A stretch of DNA of 64,000 nt from the human T2T-CHM13v2.0 reference genome, Homo sapiens, in assembly GCF_009914755.1 (NCBI RefSeq), contig NC_060925.1; one strand, written 5' to 3'. Below, piece by piece: positions 1 through 16,865 of this stretch. Under the pieces are notes generated by a model. The model had not been told where the DNA came from and did no database searches. It was given only the letters and a program-made list of their open reading frames with translations. Each line of letters opens with the position of its first letter. The stretch's first letter is position 1. The translations under genes and the position numbers were made by a program.

Positions 1-925
1 CAACAGAAGTTATACAGGTTAGAATCTTTAACTTCATTTATTCTAACTAAAAAGATAAACCAACCAAAAATCTCATTTATGCTATAAAATAAAAGAAACG
101 GGTTAAGAATTTTAAAAGTAAGTCTAAACATAAAGACTCAAGTTCAAGCAAGTTTTGGTTAATTACTAAGTTACTCTTTTAAAAAATCTATACTGAAATT
201 CAACACCCCAAGTTAGAGTCCTCTCTTTAACTTCATTTTCATTTTTTCCCATTCAAAAAAATAAACACAAAGCAGACACGGGGTCTTTAAAACAAACAAA
301 CAAAAAGCATTTAACCCAAGGGGAAATGGGCAAGAATTTTAAAGGTAAGTCTTGAACAAAAAGATTCCTATGTTCAAGTCAGTTTTGATTATCTAGTAAA
401 ATAAGACCTAAACTTGTATTATACTTCAACAAACCAAAATCCTGGCAGAGTATAAACTGCCATAGGCCAAAAGGACTGATCATATAAATAAGAACATTAT
501 ATTTTATTATTTAGGAGGATAATTTAAAATGTTCAGATCTTAGCTACGTCACTACTGCAAAAGTATTTTTTAAATTACTTCAATTTTCAAGGAAGAATGA
601 TATCAGCTCTCAAAATTCAGTTTTGTAAAATATTGATGCTTGTAAATAAAAACAAATCAATGACTTGCAGCTGTAGTTACACAGGCTATCTTGCAGTAAT
701 TATAATTTTTAAAAAGAGTACAGATTATGTTGCTCTATTTATTAAAGTAAAAGGATAAAGAAAGATTTATCAGACAAATTCTAACCAAAAGAATACTAGT
801 TATTAATATTGAACAAAACTGGAAGAAAAATACCAAAACCAAAAGAAATAAATTAACTGAGCAAAATCTAGAATTTGAGTCACAAAAAATGTTCTAAGGT
901 CTTCTGGAATTAGAACATGAGGGGG

Positions 926-1289
<364 letters not shown>

Positions 1290-1357
1290 CTAGAGTAATG
1301 GTTGAAAATCTTGTTTTCAACATAGGAGAAATAAGTACTAGTACAGGAAAAGGGGCA

Positions 1358-1731
1358 CAAGGTGCGAATCCCCTACCCAAAATGCTTGGGACCAGAAGTG
1401 TTTTGGATTTTTTCGGATTTTGGAATATTATCTTTTTTTTTTTTTTTTTTTTTTTTCCAGATTCTGGAATATTATCCTATCTTGGGGATGGGACCCAAGT
1501 CTAAACATGAAATTCATTTATGTTTCATATAAACTTTATACACATAATCTAAGATAATTTTATACAATCTTTTTAATAATTTTGTGCATGAAACAAAAGT
1601 TTTGACTGTAACTTATCACATGAGACCAGGAGTGGAATTTTCCACTTTGTGGGTCATGTCAGTACTCAAAAGTTTCAGATTTTGAAGCATTTCAAGTTTT
1701 GGATTTTCAGATTAGGGATGCTCAACCTGTA
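1358..1731. mobile_element. Tigger4-type (TcMar-Tigger) DNA transposon
   Basis: AAATGCTTGGGACCAGAAGTG...; terminal AGGGATGCTCAACCTG followed by TA. Confidence 0.8.
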
Positions 1732-2375
1732 TTAACTATATTAATGAAACAAGACATTATAACAAAATTTCCACATTAACTGGGAGGCGGGGTAAGGGAA
1801 TGAATCACAAGTTGATAATAAGCAACAGTAAGAAACAGAGAAAATAAAAATGTAAAATAAATAGGTAAAGAAGGGAAAATCAAATCAATATAAGTGCTAT
1901 TATCTTAAAAACTATCCAATTAGGTAAAGCATTAAAATACAGAAATCTGCCATTTTCAAGAGACATACACAACAAACATAAGAAATATCAGGTAATTCAA
2001 AAAAAGAGGGAACAGGAGAAGCAGTATTAAAATCACACAAGCTAGAGTTTAAAACTAGGAAAAAATTCTGAAGAATATGGATACAGGGAGAAAGCAAATG
2101 TGACAAAATGGTTAACAAGTAAATCTAGGAGAAGATAAAGGGGTGTCTACTATTTAAAACAAAATTCAAGGTAGTAATTTCCTACAAATGTATTTATTAT
2201 TCAAAAATTATTTTTAATAAAGCTTTTTATTAAAAAAAAAAAAGGCCAGTTACCTGGGAATAGGCTCCAGGCATATAAGATAAATTGTGTTTATTCATTT
2301 ACCTTAGCATGCACTACTGTTTATCAAATGATGACACTACTATTCCCCATCTACTCTAACTATATTTTTGTCTTG

Positions 2376-2670
<295 letters not shown>

Positions 2671-3135
2671 TTTGTCTTTATGAGAAAAAAAATCCCTCAT
2701 TACATCGTACCATGCAAAGATTTTGCACCAATATTCTTACCACAAAAACCATTTATGAGAAGTTTATGTGTAGGGTTTGACGATGTTTCAAAGTATATCA
2801 TCACCGAAATCTCTTCAGCACGGCCCCATTCCCAAAAGCATCCCACAAACAATGGCTCAACCCCTGAAATGCGACTGAGATAACTTTTGTCACCACCGCG
2901 AGGGAGTATCCTTTACCATTTCCCAACTATTATTCAAATTAAAATTAAAAAGATTAGGTACCTGTGAACAAGAATTCAAGTCACTTTAAGTTTCTCTTTC
3001 TGCATTTTTAAAATGTGGTAATATGTATTCTGCCTATTTCATCTGGCTCTTGTGGAAAATGAGGAAAATCTAAGAAAGGGCCAAAAACAAAAGAAAAATA
3101 AGGACAAAGAGAAACTAAATAATCAATACATTTGA

Positions 3136-3449
3136 GGCTGGGTGCAGTGGCTCACGCCTGTAATCCCAGCACTTTGGGAGGCTGAGGCGGGAGGATCACC
3201 TGAGGTCAGGAGTTCAAGAGCAGCCTGGCCAACATGGTGAAACCCTGTCTCTACTAAAAATACAAAAGTTAGCCAGATGTGGTGGTGCACTTCTGTAATC
3301 CCAGCTACTTGTGAGGCTGAGGCGGGAGAATCGTCGAACTTGGGAGGCGGTGGTTGCAGTGAGCCAAGATTGCGCCACTGCACTCCATACTGGGCAACAG
3401 AGCAAGACTCTGTCTCAAAAATAAAAATAATAAAATAAAATAAAATAAA
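3136..3449 (+). mobile_element. AluS
   Basis: Full-length Alu with (TAAAA)n tail. Confidence 0.9.
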
Positions 3450-4240
3450 TTTGATATAATGAATTTATAAAACTCTAATATCCTCCAAACAGAAATACTG
3501 CCATATCCATGGAATATATGTAAAAGCAGGTCATAAACTTGGCAACAAAGAAAGCCTTAACTAATTTTTTTAATTAGACATTTTATAGACTATATTTTTC
3601 TAGTTATAATCCAATCAGGTTGAAAGTATACATCAAAGTAACAAAAACCAACCAAACTTAACCACTTTAAAATTAGGAAACATATTCCTAACCAGATAAT
3701 AAAACTAAAAATTATCTAAAAAGCTGTATAAAGGAGAAAACTTTGTACCAATATCTATGGAATCCCACTAAACCTGTATTCAAGGGTGAATATATCCTTT
3801 AAATGATTTCAATATTAAAGATAAAGAGAACTGAAGAAACATAATACTCATCTCCGAGAAATTTAAAATAAAAAGAATAAGAAAATGTAACAGGGAATTA
3901 AATGTTAAACATCATTAAATTAAAAGTCAAAATATAATAGAAAGGATAAGTAAATTCAAAAGATGGTTCTTCTAACAGATCAATAAACTAGACAAAATCA
4001 GATTAAGTAAAAATACAAGTGGGAGTACTCCCAAGACTTGGAGTGAGTAAAGAGAACAACCACGAAAGAGAGTATCACAAATTTGTAGCAACAAGTTTGA
4101 AAGTAAAAGAAATTAGTAATTCCTTACCAAAATAAAAAGAGAAAATCTGAGAGTAAAAGGGAAATTAGAAATTTACCACTGATGAATTCACAGCAAAGTT
4201 TTATCAAACCTTTAAGGAAGAGGTGAATACAACCATATTT
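3450..4240 (+). mobile_element. Very old L1M ORF2 fragment
   Basis: Degenerate endonuclease-end and linker sequence (TGGTTCTT....AGATCAATAAACTAGACAAA). Confidence 0.55.
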
Positions 4241-4592
4241 GGAATTAACTATTCAATTACTAAGATGACATGTCTTCAGATAAAATGTCAAAACTTTTCT
4301 GCCTTCATAAATGAAGTGAAACTCAAGTGTTATTCATGTTTCCTTTAAATGAAATAAAAGGAAATGTGAAATTTGGGAGATACATTTGAAGCAAAATTAT
4401 TCCATATTAGAAGCAGGTACTAAGATACCTGGTCAGGTTGTGATACAAAAGATACTATCTTTACAGTAATTATACAAAGTATACGTTCCTATGTACCTTA
4501 AAGCCAAATAAAATGAAGATGGCAGAACACACATTTTCTGTTATCCATTTGTTTAGAAAATAAATATAAATTCTATATAAGAATGTTCAACC

Positions 4593-4893
4593 AGCCGGGC
4601 ACAGTGGTTCATGCCTGTAATCCCAGCACTTTGGGAGGCTGAGGTGGGCAGATCACTTGAGGTCAGGAGTTCAAGACCAGCCTAGCCAACACGGCAAAAC
4701 CCCATCTCTTCAAAAGATACCAAAATTAGCTGGGCGTGGTGGCATGTGCCTGCAATCCCAGATACTTGGGAGGCTGAGGCACGAGAATTACTTGAACCTG
4801 GGAGGTAGAGGTTGTGGTGAGCCAAGATTGTGCCACTGCACTCCAGCCTGGGTGACAGAGTGAGACTCTGTCTCAAAAAGAAAAAAAAAAAAA
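4593..4893 (+). mobile_element. AluS
   Basis: Full-length Alu. Confidence 0.9.
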
Positions 4894-5011
4894 GTTCACC
4901 CAATAATCTGATGAGAATATAGTTTTCCTCTAAGGATGAACTAAAAGAGGAAATTTGCACATGAGAAAATCATTAAGATAATGAAGATGTTAAGAACATT
5001 AGATTACTTAC

Positions 5012-5071
5012 AACTGCAAACTCATCTCTGTCAAGCATTCCATCATGGTCAATATCACTCAACTCCCAAAC
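5012..5071 (-). CDS. EPS15: EPS15 exon 8 (VWELSDIDHDGMLDRDEFAV), EH2 with W169 and EF-hand loop
   Basis: Acceptor CTCTTTTTAAG|GTT, donor GTT|GTAAGT; 60 nt; cumulative count puts Trp at residue 169, the known NPF-pocket Trp. Confidence 0.97.
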
Positions 5072-5151
5072 CTTAAAAAGAGAATAATTGAAAAAAGATT
5101 AATGTTCTTTCAGTTCATGTTCTACTCGAGGGCAAGAAAAGAAAGTTTATG

Positions 5152-5468
5152 AGCTAGGAATGGTGGCTCATGCCCATATGGCCTCCCAGCACTTTGAGAG
5201 GCCAAGGCAGGAGGATCACTTCAGCCCAGGAGTTTGAGACAGCCTAGGAAACATAACGAGATCCCATCTCTACAAAAGATAAAAATAAAAAATTAGCTGG
5301 GCATGGTGGCATCCACCTGTAGGCCAAGCTACTCAGGAGGCTGAGGTAGGAGGATCCCTTAAGCCTAGGAGATCAAGGCTGCAGTGCACTATGATATGCC
5401 ACTGCACTCCAGCCTGGGCAACGGAGCTAGACACTGTTTCTTAAAAAAAAAAAAAAAAAAAAAAAAAA
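5152..5468 (+). mobile_element. AluJ
   Basis: Diverged full-length Alu. Confidence 0.88.
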
Positions 5469-5769
5469 GTGTACTGTTGAGAGTTAAAAATGGAGATAAG
5501 CAAGTGTCTGGTTATAATTGCCTTGAAAGGAGTTTGGGCTTTATTCTAAGTGCAATGGAAAGCTACTAAAAAGTTAGGTTTAAGTAATAAAATAACAACA
5601 GTGTATTTATAGTTTAGAAATTTCACACTGATCACACAGGGGAGAAATAATTAGTGGGAAACAATACTAAAAAATGGCATTTAAATAAATATTTATTGAG
5701 CATCTAAAATCTATATAACATTGATCCAGTAGTAGTAATAATATGGTGGTATGGTGGTTGTCATCATCA

Positions 5770-5975
5770 TAGCAGCTAGCATTCAAAGAGTATGTAGCAA
5801 TCATGGTAATAAGCAGGACTTAACATTCATTATCACATTCAATCACTACAATTCTATAAGCTGGGAATTATGTCCCTTTTAAAGATTAGAAAACTGAGAC
5901 ATGGCTTTCTAATGACTTGCCCAAGGTCACACAGCTAAGAAGTGGTGCAGCCAGGATTTGACCCTATGTAATCTG
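5770..5975. mobile_element. MIR
   Basis: GAAAACTGAGAC...TGACTTGCCCAAGGTCACACAGCT core. Confidence 0.8.
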
Positions 5976-6001
5976 CTGAAGCAGGTAATTAAAGAAAGGG
6001 C

Positions 6002-6454
<453 letters not shown>

Positions 6455-6791
6455 TTACTACACCTGCTCAGTAGTCCACATGCACCACAGAGAAGGCAGA
6501 TAATTTACTTCATGTTTTTTCCATCAGGCAGGAGAGATAGAAAAATAACATGGCAAAGGGGGCTAAGGATAGATATGAAGCTGTAGACCAAAAGACAGGG
6601 AATAAAGTTTTACTTTTACAGGAGGAAAAGAATTCATGGCGATGGATATTGGGGATAGTTGCATAATAATGTAAATGTAGTTAATACCACTGAATTGTAC
6701 ACTTAAAATTGGTTAAGATGTTAAATTTCATGATATGCATATTTATCACAGTAAAAAAATTGAAAAAAAGAGGAAAAGTAAAAAAGTCAGA

Positions 6792-7095
6792 TTTTTTTTT
6801 TTTTTTTTTTTTTTTCTAAGACAGTCTTGCTTGTCGCCTAGGCTGGAGTGTAGTGGTGCGATCTCGGCTCACTGCAACCACTGCCTCCTGGGTTCACGCG
6901 ATTCTTCTGCCTCAGCCTCCTGAGTAGCTGGGACCACAGACTGCGCACCACCACGCCCGGCTAATTTTTGTATTTTTAGTAGAGATGGGGTTTCACCATA
7001 TTGGCCAGGCTGGTCTCGAACTCCTGACCTCGTGATCCACCCGCCTCAGCCTCCGAAAGTGCTGGGATTATAGGTGTGAGCCACCATGCCCAGCC
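6792..7095 (-). mobile_element. AluS
   Basis: Reverse Alu; TSD AAGTCAGATTT. Confidence 0.9.
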
Positions 7096-7592
7096 AAGAA
7101 GTCAGATTTAAAGGTCTTAGTAAAACCAGTCAAAGAATTAGTCTTGCTAGTTTCTGGAAAAGAGCTCTATAAAGACAGGAAGTACAAGTTAGAGAGAAGA
7201 ATTTATGATTTCAGAGATAAAACTATTCCTTACAACAAGACACCATGATACAGCCACAGAGTAAGTGGCAGACATAAAATACTGATGGTCTCTAGAAATT
7301 AACTCAAGCAAATAGGAGGTCAAGAGTGTACAGCACAAACTAAAAAAGGACCTACTTAAGGGGCTTACATATGTAATTCATTTCAACCACTCATTTTTAC
7401 AGGGAATAACCAAATACAGAAATATGCTGGCAATAATTTTATACATTAAGTCAGAAAACAAAAAATCCTATAATGATACAACTTTAAAATAAGATTTGTA
7501 TATTTTTAACAAAGAGTTATACATGCTCCTGGCATAATAGATATAAAATTAAAATACATAAAAATTACATTTCGGAGTAAATAATATCTTAC

Positions 7593-7718
7593 TCTTCCAA
7601 GGATATCCACAGGTAACTTAGAGTTGAGCAACACTGGTTTCACTTTATCACCAGACAGAAATCCATTCACTGGGCTTAAACTATCAAATATTGCATCATA
7701 TTTGGCCTTATCTTCAGG
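7593..7718 (-). CDS. EPS15: EPS15 exon 7 ([42 protein letters not shown]), EH2
   Basis: Acceptor TTTTTATTGTAG|CCT, donor AGA|GTAAGA; 126 nt. Confidence 0.97.
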
Positions 7719-8139
7719 CTACAATAAAAAACAAAATCACAAGTTAAATAATAGAGAAAAGGATTTAACTGCAGTTATAAAAATCAAGTCCTTAAAGAAT
7801 AGACTACATATGTTTTTAAACTATCATTTAAAAAACATTTTTCACTTTCATCAAAATATAATATTCATTGTAAAGATACGCAAGAAAAAAATACATAGGA
7901 AATAATAATTTCAAAGTGACTTTACCCAAGAGTCTGGTGTTGCCCATTCTTTTTGTAGCTGGAACACCATCTTTATTTTCCAACTATTGGGTTAGAATCA
8001 AAATATTTCAGAGGTAGAAGGGCTTTGAAGAACATCTAGTCCAACCCTCTCACTTAAATAGACCCAGAGCAAAAAAGTAACTTTTATAAGAACACACAGC
8101 TAATTAGTGACATTCCATGACTCTCTAAAGATGGTATGA

Positions 8140-8448
<309 letters not shown>

Positions 8449-9180
8449 AAATAAATTTTTAAAAATAAAATAATTACTAAAGGAATAAACATCAAGATTT
8501 CTCCATTTTTCCCAAAGCAATATTTCTTTTTCTTGTCAATAACAAGATATCTCCTAAATTTTTAAAAGTTATTAGTGTAACATGAAAAACTATTGTTCAT
8601 TATTTGCCCAGTCAAGGCCATATTCCCACACTTTTAAAACTTAGTGCCCAGTCCACAGCATACAAAGACATACAAATAAAAATGGTTTTCAAAAAAACTG
8701 TACACATTTATCAAAGCTCATTTGATCTGCTATAGTCTAAGCATTTTTAAATTACAAGTTTTATAGTACGATATGATGTGGCTCTGAAAAACTATAATGC
8801 AAAATACCTATTTCTAAAAAGATTTCATAAAGAATTGTTTGTTTTAGAGTCATCTAGAAAATACATAGTTAACCAGAATTTTCAAGTAAGAGATAATACC
8901 AGTGGGGTAAACTATCTTTTAATCAAATATTTTAGTTAATACAAGATTATGACATCACCATTTTTCTTTACATTATAACAGATATACAAGTAGACCGATA
9001 CTGTCACAAAACAACTGACAGAGCCGAAAGATCCCTCAGAAACACCAGTAACAGCTTCTCCCCTACCTTTCCCTAAACATGTATGAAAGTCTAATGAAGA
9101 TAGCAATATATTTCAGAGGTAGAGAGAGAGTAGATAGGAAGCAATGAAGGGGTGAGAGAATAGTTACAAAGTTTACTTAC

Positions 9181-9246
9181 TTTTACAGCCCATGGGAGCT
9201 CAGCTGCAGAGGTTCCACTGATTAGCAAAGGACTACTGGTATCATG
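9181..9246 (-). CDS. EPS15: EPS15 exon 6 (HDTSSPLLISGTSAAELPWAVK)
   Basis: Acceptor TTCTTCTATAG|CAT, donor AAA|GTAAGT; 66 nt. Confidence 0.97.
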
Positions 9247-9406
9247 CTATAGAAGAAAGTAAAGCACAACAAGAGTTGAAATTCTCACATCAAGAAGCAA
9301 TGAAGAAAAAATGGTTTTTGGATTTAAATATGTTCACACAAAATGCTGGATCTCAATGCACACAGGACACTATTTTACATTTACTAGACCATCTAAATAA
9401 CAATGA

Positions 9407-9657
<251 letters not shown>

Positions 9658-9949
9658 AAGCAATGCATGACTGTAATGCACGTAGGCAACAAATCCCTAA
9701 ATTAACCTTCTGACTACATGCCTAAACATAAAAGTGCAGAAATTCTCTAAACTTAAGAAATTAAATTATTAGTATGCAGACCAAAAACTTCTAAAATGTT
9801 GAGTTTAAAAACAAGCAACTAGTTACTGGGGAGGATCACTTGAGCCCAGTTCAAGGTGACAGTGAGCTATGATCGCAGCACTGTATTCCAACCTGGGAAA
9901 CAGAATGAGGCCATCTCTTAAAATTTAAAAAAACAAAAAACAAGAGGAG

Positions 9950-11495
<1,546 letters not shown>

Positions 11496-11499
11496 ATAG

Positions 11500-11832
11500 C
11501 AGGAGTCCCCAATCCCTGGGCCACAAACTGGTACCCATCCATGGCCTGTTAGGAACTGAGCTGTATAGCAGGAGGTGAGCAGCTGGCAGGCAAGCATTAT
11601 GGCCTGAGCTCCAACTTTTGCCAGATCAGCGGTGGCATTAGATTCTCATGGGAGCACGAACCCTATCATGAACTGCGCATGTGAGGGATCTAGGTTGCAT
11701 GCTACTTATAAGAATCTAATGCCTGATGATGTGGAACAGTTTCGTTCTGAAACCATCCATCCCTCCCAGGTCCATGGAAAAATTGTCTTCCATGAAACCG
11801 GTCCCTGGTGCCAAAAAGGTTGGGGACCGTTA
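11500..11832. mobile_element. MER1B-like hAT-Charlie element
   Basis: CAGGAGTCCCCAA...GGCCTGTTAGGAAC...GGTGCCAAAAAGGTTGGGGACC. Confidence 0.85.
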
Positions 11833-11889
11833 ATATATAGCATGCTACAATTAAAGTAAAATAAGAAAATAAGTATTTATATATATATA

Positions 11890-12179
11890 TTTTTTTAAGA
11901 CAGGGTCTTAAACCATCAACCAAGCTGGAGAGCAACGGTGTGATCACGGCTCATTGCAGCCTTGAGCTCCCAGGCTCAAATGATCCTCCCATCTCAGCCT
12001 CCCAAGTAGCTGGGACCAGACGTGCACACCAACACACTCGGCTAAATTTTAGATTTTTTTGTAGAGATGGGGGTCTCGCTTTGTTTCCCAGCCAGTCTTG
12101 AACTCCTGGGTTCAAATGATCCTCCCACTTCTGCCTCCCAAAGTGTTGGGATTACAGGCGTGAGCAACCTCACCCAGCC
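11890..12179 (-). mobile_element. AluJ
   Basis: Reverse diverged Alu. Confidence 0.88.
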
Positions 12180-12392
12180 TATAGTTTCTCACATATACAT
12201 ATATAATCACTCTGGAAGGATACACAAGAAATTAACTAAAAACAGCAGGAGCCAGTAGGGGGAAAAAAGCCAAGTAGCTGAGTGAAAGGGCCAAAGGGAG
12301 AATTCCTTTTAATATATTACTTTTAATTTTCAAATAACGTGGTGTCACTTTTTAAAAATTAAATACAATTTAAATCTAAAAGCATTTCTTAC

Positions 12393-12488
12393 AAATCTTG
12401 GTGGAGGAACAGCCAGGTTCAAACTACTTAGTGAAACTTCCAATCCATTCTGGGCACATGCCACAAGACGCAAAGCAACAAAGAATTC
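12393..12488 (-). CDS. EPS15: EPS15 exon 5 ([32 protein letters not shown])
   Basis: Acceptor TTTCTTTCTTAG|GAA, donor TTT|GTAAGA; 96 nt. Confidence 0.97.
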
Positions 12489-12765
12489 CTAAGAAAGAAA
12501 AGTATGAATGTTAAGAGCATTCTCCCTCTACCAACTTACCTACCTGCACAAATACTTACAATCTAAAAATATAAAACAATTCATAATTACTACAGAGGTC
12601 TTATGTAGCAACAAGTAGCATATTTGCTTCAAAAATATCTTGCAGAAAAATCCTATGTAGAAAGATGTTCCTAGTATTTATGAATCGCTAATAATAACAT
12701 AAATGGGAAAATACATACAGATAGTGGAAATCATACAGAATACTCATGTTTAAAATAATACTTAG

Positions 12766-13075
12766 GGCCAGGCACAGTGGCTCACACCTGTAAGCTCAAC
12801 ATTTTGGGAGGCCGAGACGGGCAGATCACTTGAGGTCAGGAGTATGAGACCAACCTGGCCAACACGGAGAAACCCCGTCTCTCTACTAAAAACACAAAAA
12901 TTAGCCAGGTGTGGTGGCGTGCACCTGTAGTCCCAACTACTCAGGAGGCTGAGGCAGCAGAATCACTTGAACATGGAAGGCAGAGGTTGCAGTGAGCCGA
13001 GATCGCGCTACTGCGCTCTAGCCTGGGTGACAGAGCGAGACTCTCAAAAAAACAGACAAACCAAAAAAAAACAAA
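12766..13075 (+). mobile_element. AluS
   Basis: Full-length Alu. Confidence 0.9.
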
Positions 13076-14267
13076 TAATATTTAATGATATTAAGAGATG
13101 TATTTTATCATTTAAATGAGAAAAAAAGAATTAGAGAAAAATCCCAAAAGAAAATAATACCTAAAATGTTATGAAAAGTCATCTCTGGATTGTGAGATTA
13201 TAAATTTTGAAACTGGAACAGTAATTCAAATGACTTAATGACTGCGATTCCAGAAAAACTACAGAAAATAACTGTGCAACATCAAAAAAAATTATGTAAC
13301 GGTTTAACTTCAAAATAATTATAAATCTCTCCCAAAAGTCCTTGGATTTTTAGCAGTTGAAGTCTTAGTCCAAAACTTAATAAATAAATGCAAAGAAGCT
13401 GAAGCAACTGGTTTTCAGCTGTTTTGAGTTAGTGTCATAGACATGATAACAAAAGCCTTTACTCCAGCTACAATTTGTCCAACCTGTCAATACCCTAGTA
13501 TAGTCGCTGATGTAATCAACCCTTCACTACTTCTCTGAAATCCCGTACTCTCCCCCATACCCTTCATACCCAATTCATAACCCATTCTTATCACCTTGCA
13601 GACTGTCTGCTTTATACAATCCCTTGCCTTCACTCATTTCTTGAAAAAATGCTATTTCAAGATATCCCATTTTCTTCTCATTCATTCCACAACCTTCTGT
13701 GCAATGTGACTTCAACTCCCATGATTAGCTAGAAAAACTACCGCCTATGTCACAGATAATCTCCTAGCTACCAAATAGAATAGCCTTAAAAAAAAAAAAG
13801 CCTCATACTGCTTATTCTTTTTGCAGCCTGGGAAAGTATCTTCCTGGAAGCTCTCCTCCACCAAACAGCTTCACAAAACCCTCCTAGTTCTCTTCTGACC
13901 TTTTAGGTCTCTTCTGTTGGAGTCAATGTCTTCCCTAACTGCTAGTATTCTAAGTATTCTAACATGACCCTCTTTCTTTTCTCACTCTATTTGAGATTCA
14001 ATTACTCTTAGGTAATCAAGTCTATTACCACAGTATGGATGGGCTATGAAGTGAAATAATTCTGCATTAAATTCTATTTCTGCTACTTATAGTTGTGAGG
14101 CCAAGGGCAAGTTAAAACCCTTCCATAATAGGGGGGCTAATACCTACCTTGCAATGTATTATGAGCAACAAAATAAAAACCATGCTGCAGGAGGAAAGTG
14201 CCTACTGTCATTTTTGTCACATGGAAATTCATTAAGTATTGGTTTCTTTTCTTTCATTCATATGCTA

Positions 14268-14614
<347 letters not shown>

Positions 14615-15606
14615 TTAACTGCAGACTCATAAATCCAGCCACCTGGAAGTACTAAGGCAACTCAAACTCAATATCCAAAATCAAACAATTATAAGTAAAA
14701 AATTTATTATACTGTAAAACCTTAAGACAGTGACCACATCTATCATGTTAACCTCTGTATTTCTAAAGCCTGGCTCATCATAGGTACTCAACAAATATTT
14801 GCTGACTGACTACATGGCACCTAGGTGGGCCCCTATGAATTTTGTTTTCCTATACCTCCAATACACCAAAGTAGCCCTTCTACCCAGAGACATGAACAGG
14901 GACTACAATCTAGCCCCGAAATCTTAATTAAAAGACTGGATATTCTGACCCTCTCATCAAATTTCTCCAATATCTGGCTTTGATCCTGCTTCAGCTATGC
15001 CGGGGGTGGGGAGGAAGCCTAACTTTGAGTAGTGGCACTCAGCAAACTTGGAATTCAATCCTTATACAACTCTGAAATCCATCCCCAACAATCAGAACTT
15101 CAGAGTACACTGATGGTGTTCAACACCCTTGGCCATAACCACTTTTATGTATTCTGGTCAAGAATTTACTTCTGGTTTATAAATCATTTTTTGGTTTATA
15201 TATCAGGAGTAAGATCTAGACCAGAATACTCACATCTCACATGTGATTAACCAAGAGTTTCCTTTCAAATCTTCAAATCTACTAGACAATACCATCTTAA
15301 CACTTACTTAATAACATTCACTTTTACTTATAACCCTATGTAACTAGGAAAATTAATTAAAGAGCAAAGTCTCTCTGAAAGACAGAAAAATAAACTCCAG
15401 GAGAACAATGTCACCAAACTCACACTAACTGTTAAGACTTATATTAACATCTAGTGATTGGAAATACTTTGTTACACACTTGCCCTAGGCAAAACTCTAA
15501 TGTTGGTAAAAACCAATTCTTGGCTTCAAAATACAAGAAAACCCTGCTGGCTATTTTTTATTTTGAATCACTCAAAAAAAAAATCATATGAATATCTGAA
15601 ACTTAC

Positions 15607-15654
15607 TTGTTTGTTCAGGATACCTTTGCCATCTGTGTCGGCTAAATCCCAAAT
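15607..15654 (-). CDS. EPS15: EPS15 exon 4 (IWDLADTDGKGILNKQ), EH1 EF-hand-like loop
   Basis: Acceptor ATTTCAG|ATT, donor CAA|GTAAGT; 48 nt. Confidence 0.97.
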
Positions 15655-15812
15655 CTGAAATTTAGGGGGAAAAAATATCAATGTATATTTTAAACAAAAG
15701 TCATCTGAATGATAAATTAAATCTCTGCTATTTACAACCTCAGGCTCTCTGGTAATCAGATCTAAGAATCATAGAATTAAGAGTGGAAAGAACCCTTAAA
15801 GATCATTTAGTG

Positions 15813-16041
15813 CAAACTTGTCCAACTTGCAGCCCACAGGCCACATGCAGCCCAGGACAGCTTTGCACGTGGCCCAACACAAATCCATAAACTTTCTTTA
15901 AGAAATTATGAGGGTTCTTTTATGATTTTTTTTTTTTTTGATCATCAGCTATCATTAGTGTTAATGTATTTTATGTGTGGCCCAAGACAATTCTTCTTCT
16001 TTCAATGTGGCCCACGGAAGCCAAAAGATTGGGCACCCCTG
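15813..16041. mobile_element. MER30 hAT element inserted in a MIR
   Basis: MER30-like ends; perfect 8-bp TSD ATTTAGTG at 15805-15812 and 16042-16049. Confidence 0.88.
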
Positions 16042-16775
16042 ATTTAGTGCAACCCTTCACAAAGATACTAAGGCCCAATGAGGGTAAGTGACTTAGCTCA
16101 AGAACATTCAAGGCACCAGGGAAAGAAGTGAAGCCTAAGTTCTAACTTCCAGTCACATGCCTTTTTCATTAATCCAAGTTCTAACTCTGAGACCAATGCT
16201 CTTTCTACTAGAATGTACATACTATTCTTGATTTTGGATCCTTAAGATATTCTTTTCTATGTGCAAGTTGAGATGATTGATATTTGTGAATAATTAAATT
16301 ATTGTGATTATTTTTCAGGATTCTGAATATATATCAATATCACGTATAAGGAGTAGACAGGGGAGGGGCTTTCCACCTCTTTGTGCTCTTTTTAAAAAGC
16401 CTCTCATCCCCCAGTCTATTTACCACACATTAAACAGAGACAGTTATAACAGAGGAAGTAGGGATAGAGCCAAGTCTTTGAGTGTGTGGCAAGATTCCCA
16501 GTCTTCACTGTTTCTCCCCACCAAATGTACTTATTACTTCCTCATTTTATCCTATTAAAAAGTAGTTTGTTTCTAAAAATCTGAAAAACACCTTACTTTT
16601 CAAGAGGGTAAATCACTACGCTACAAATTCCCTTCATCCTACTATTAAAATGGCTTCTATGACTCGGTTCTAACTTCTAAATTTCTTGATGGCATCTTTC
16701 TAAATTTGCATCCAGTTCATCTATAGTACACATTCCTTACAAACTTATAATCTAGTTATAATGAACGAATACTAC

Positions 16776-16865
16776 CTTTCCAAGTATCAAGTCTGGAAGC
16801 CCTGATTTTTTCAGGAAAGCAGCAGCATCAGAAGCCAACACCCTTCCAGTATTGCCTGTATCAAC
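16776..16865 (-). CDS. EPS15: EPS15 exon 3 ([30 protein letters not shown]), EH1
   Basis: Acceptor TCTTTTCAG|GTT, donor AAG|GTAGTA; 90 nt; visible inside ORF 16752..16997. Confidence 0.97.

Noticed and set aside
2698-2910. About 70-codon open frames on both strands of the CpG-retaining segment as a pseudogene or microprotein
   Set aside because: No recognisable homology, and the length is within chance; the segment is kept only as a candidate cryptic exon
7624-7905. 93-aa + strand ORF overlapping exon 7
   Set aside because: Antisense shadow of the real exon plus AT-rich intron, with a non-ATG start
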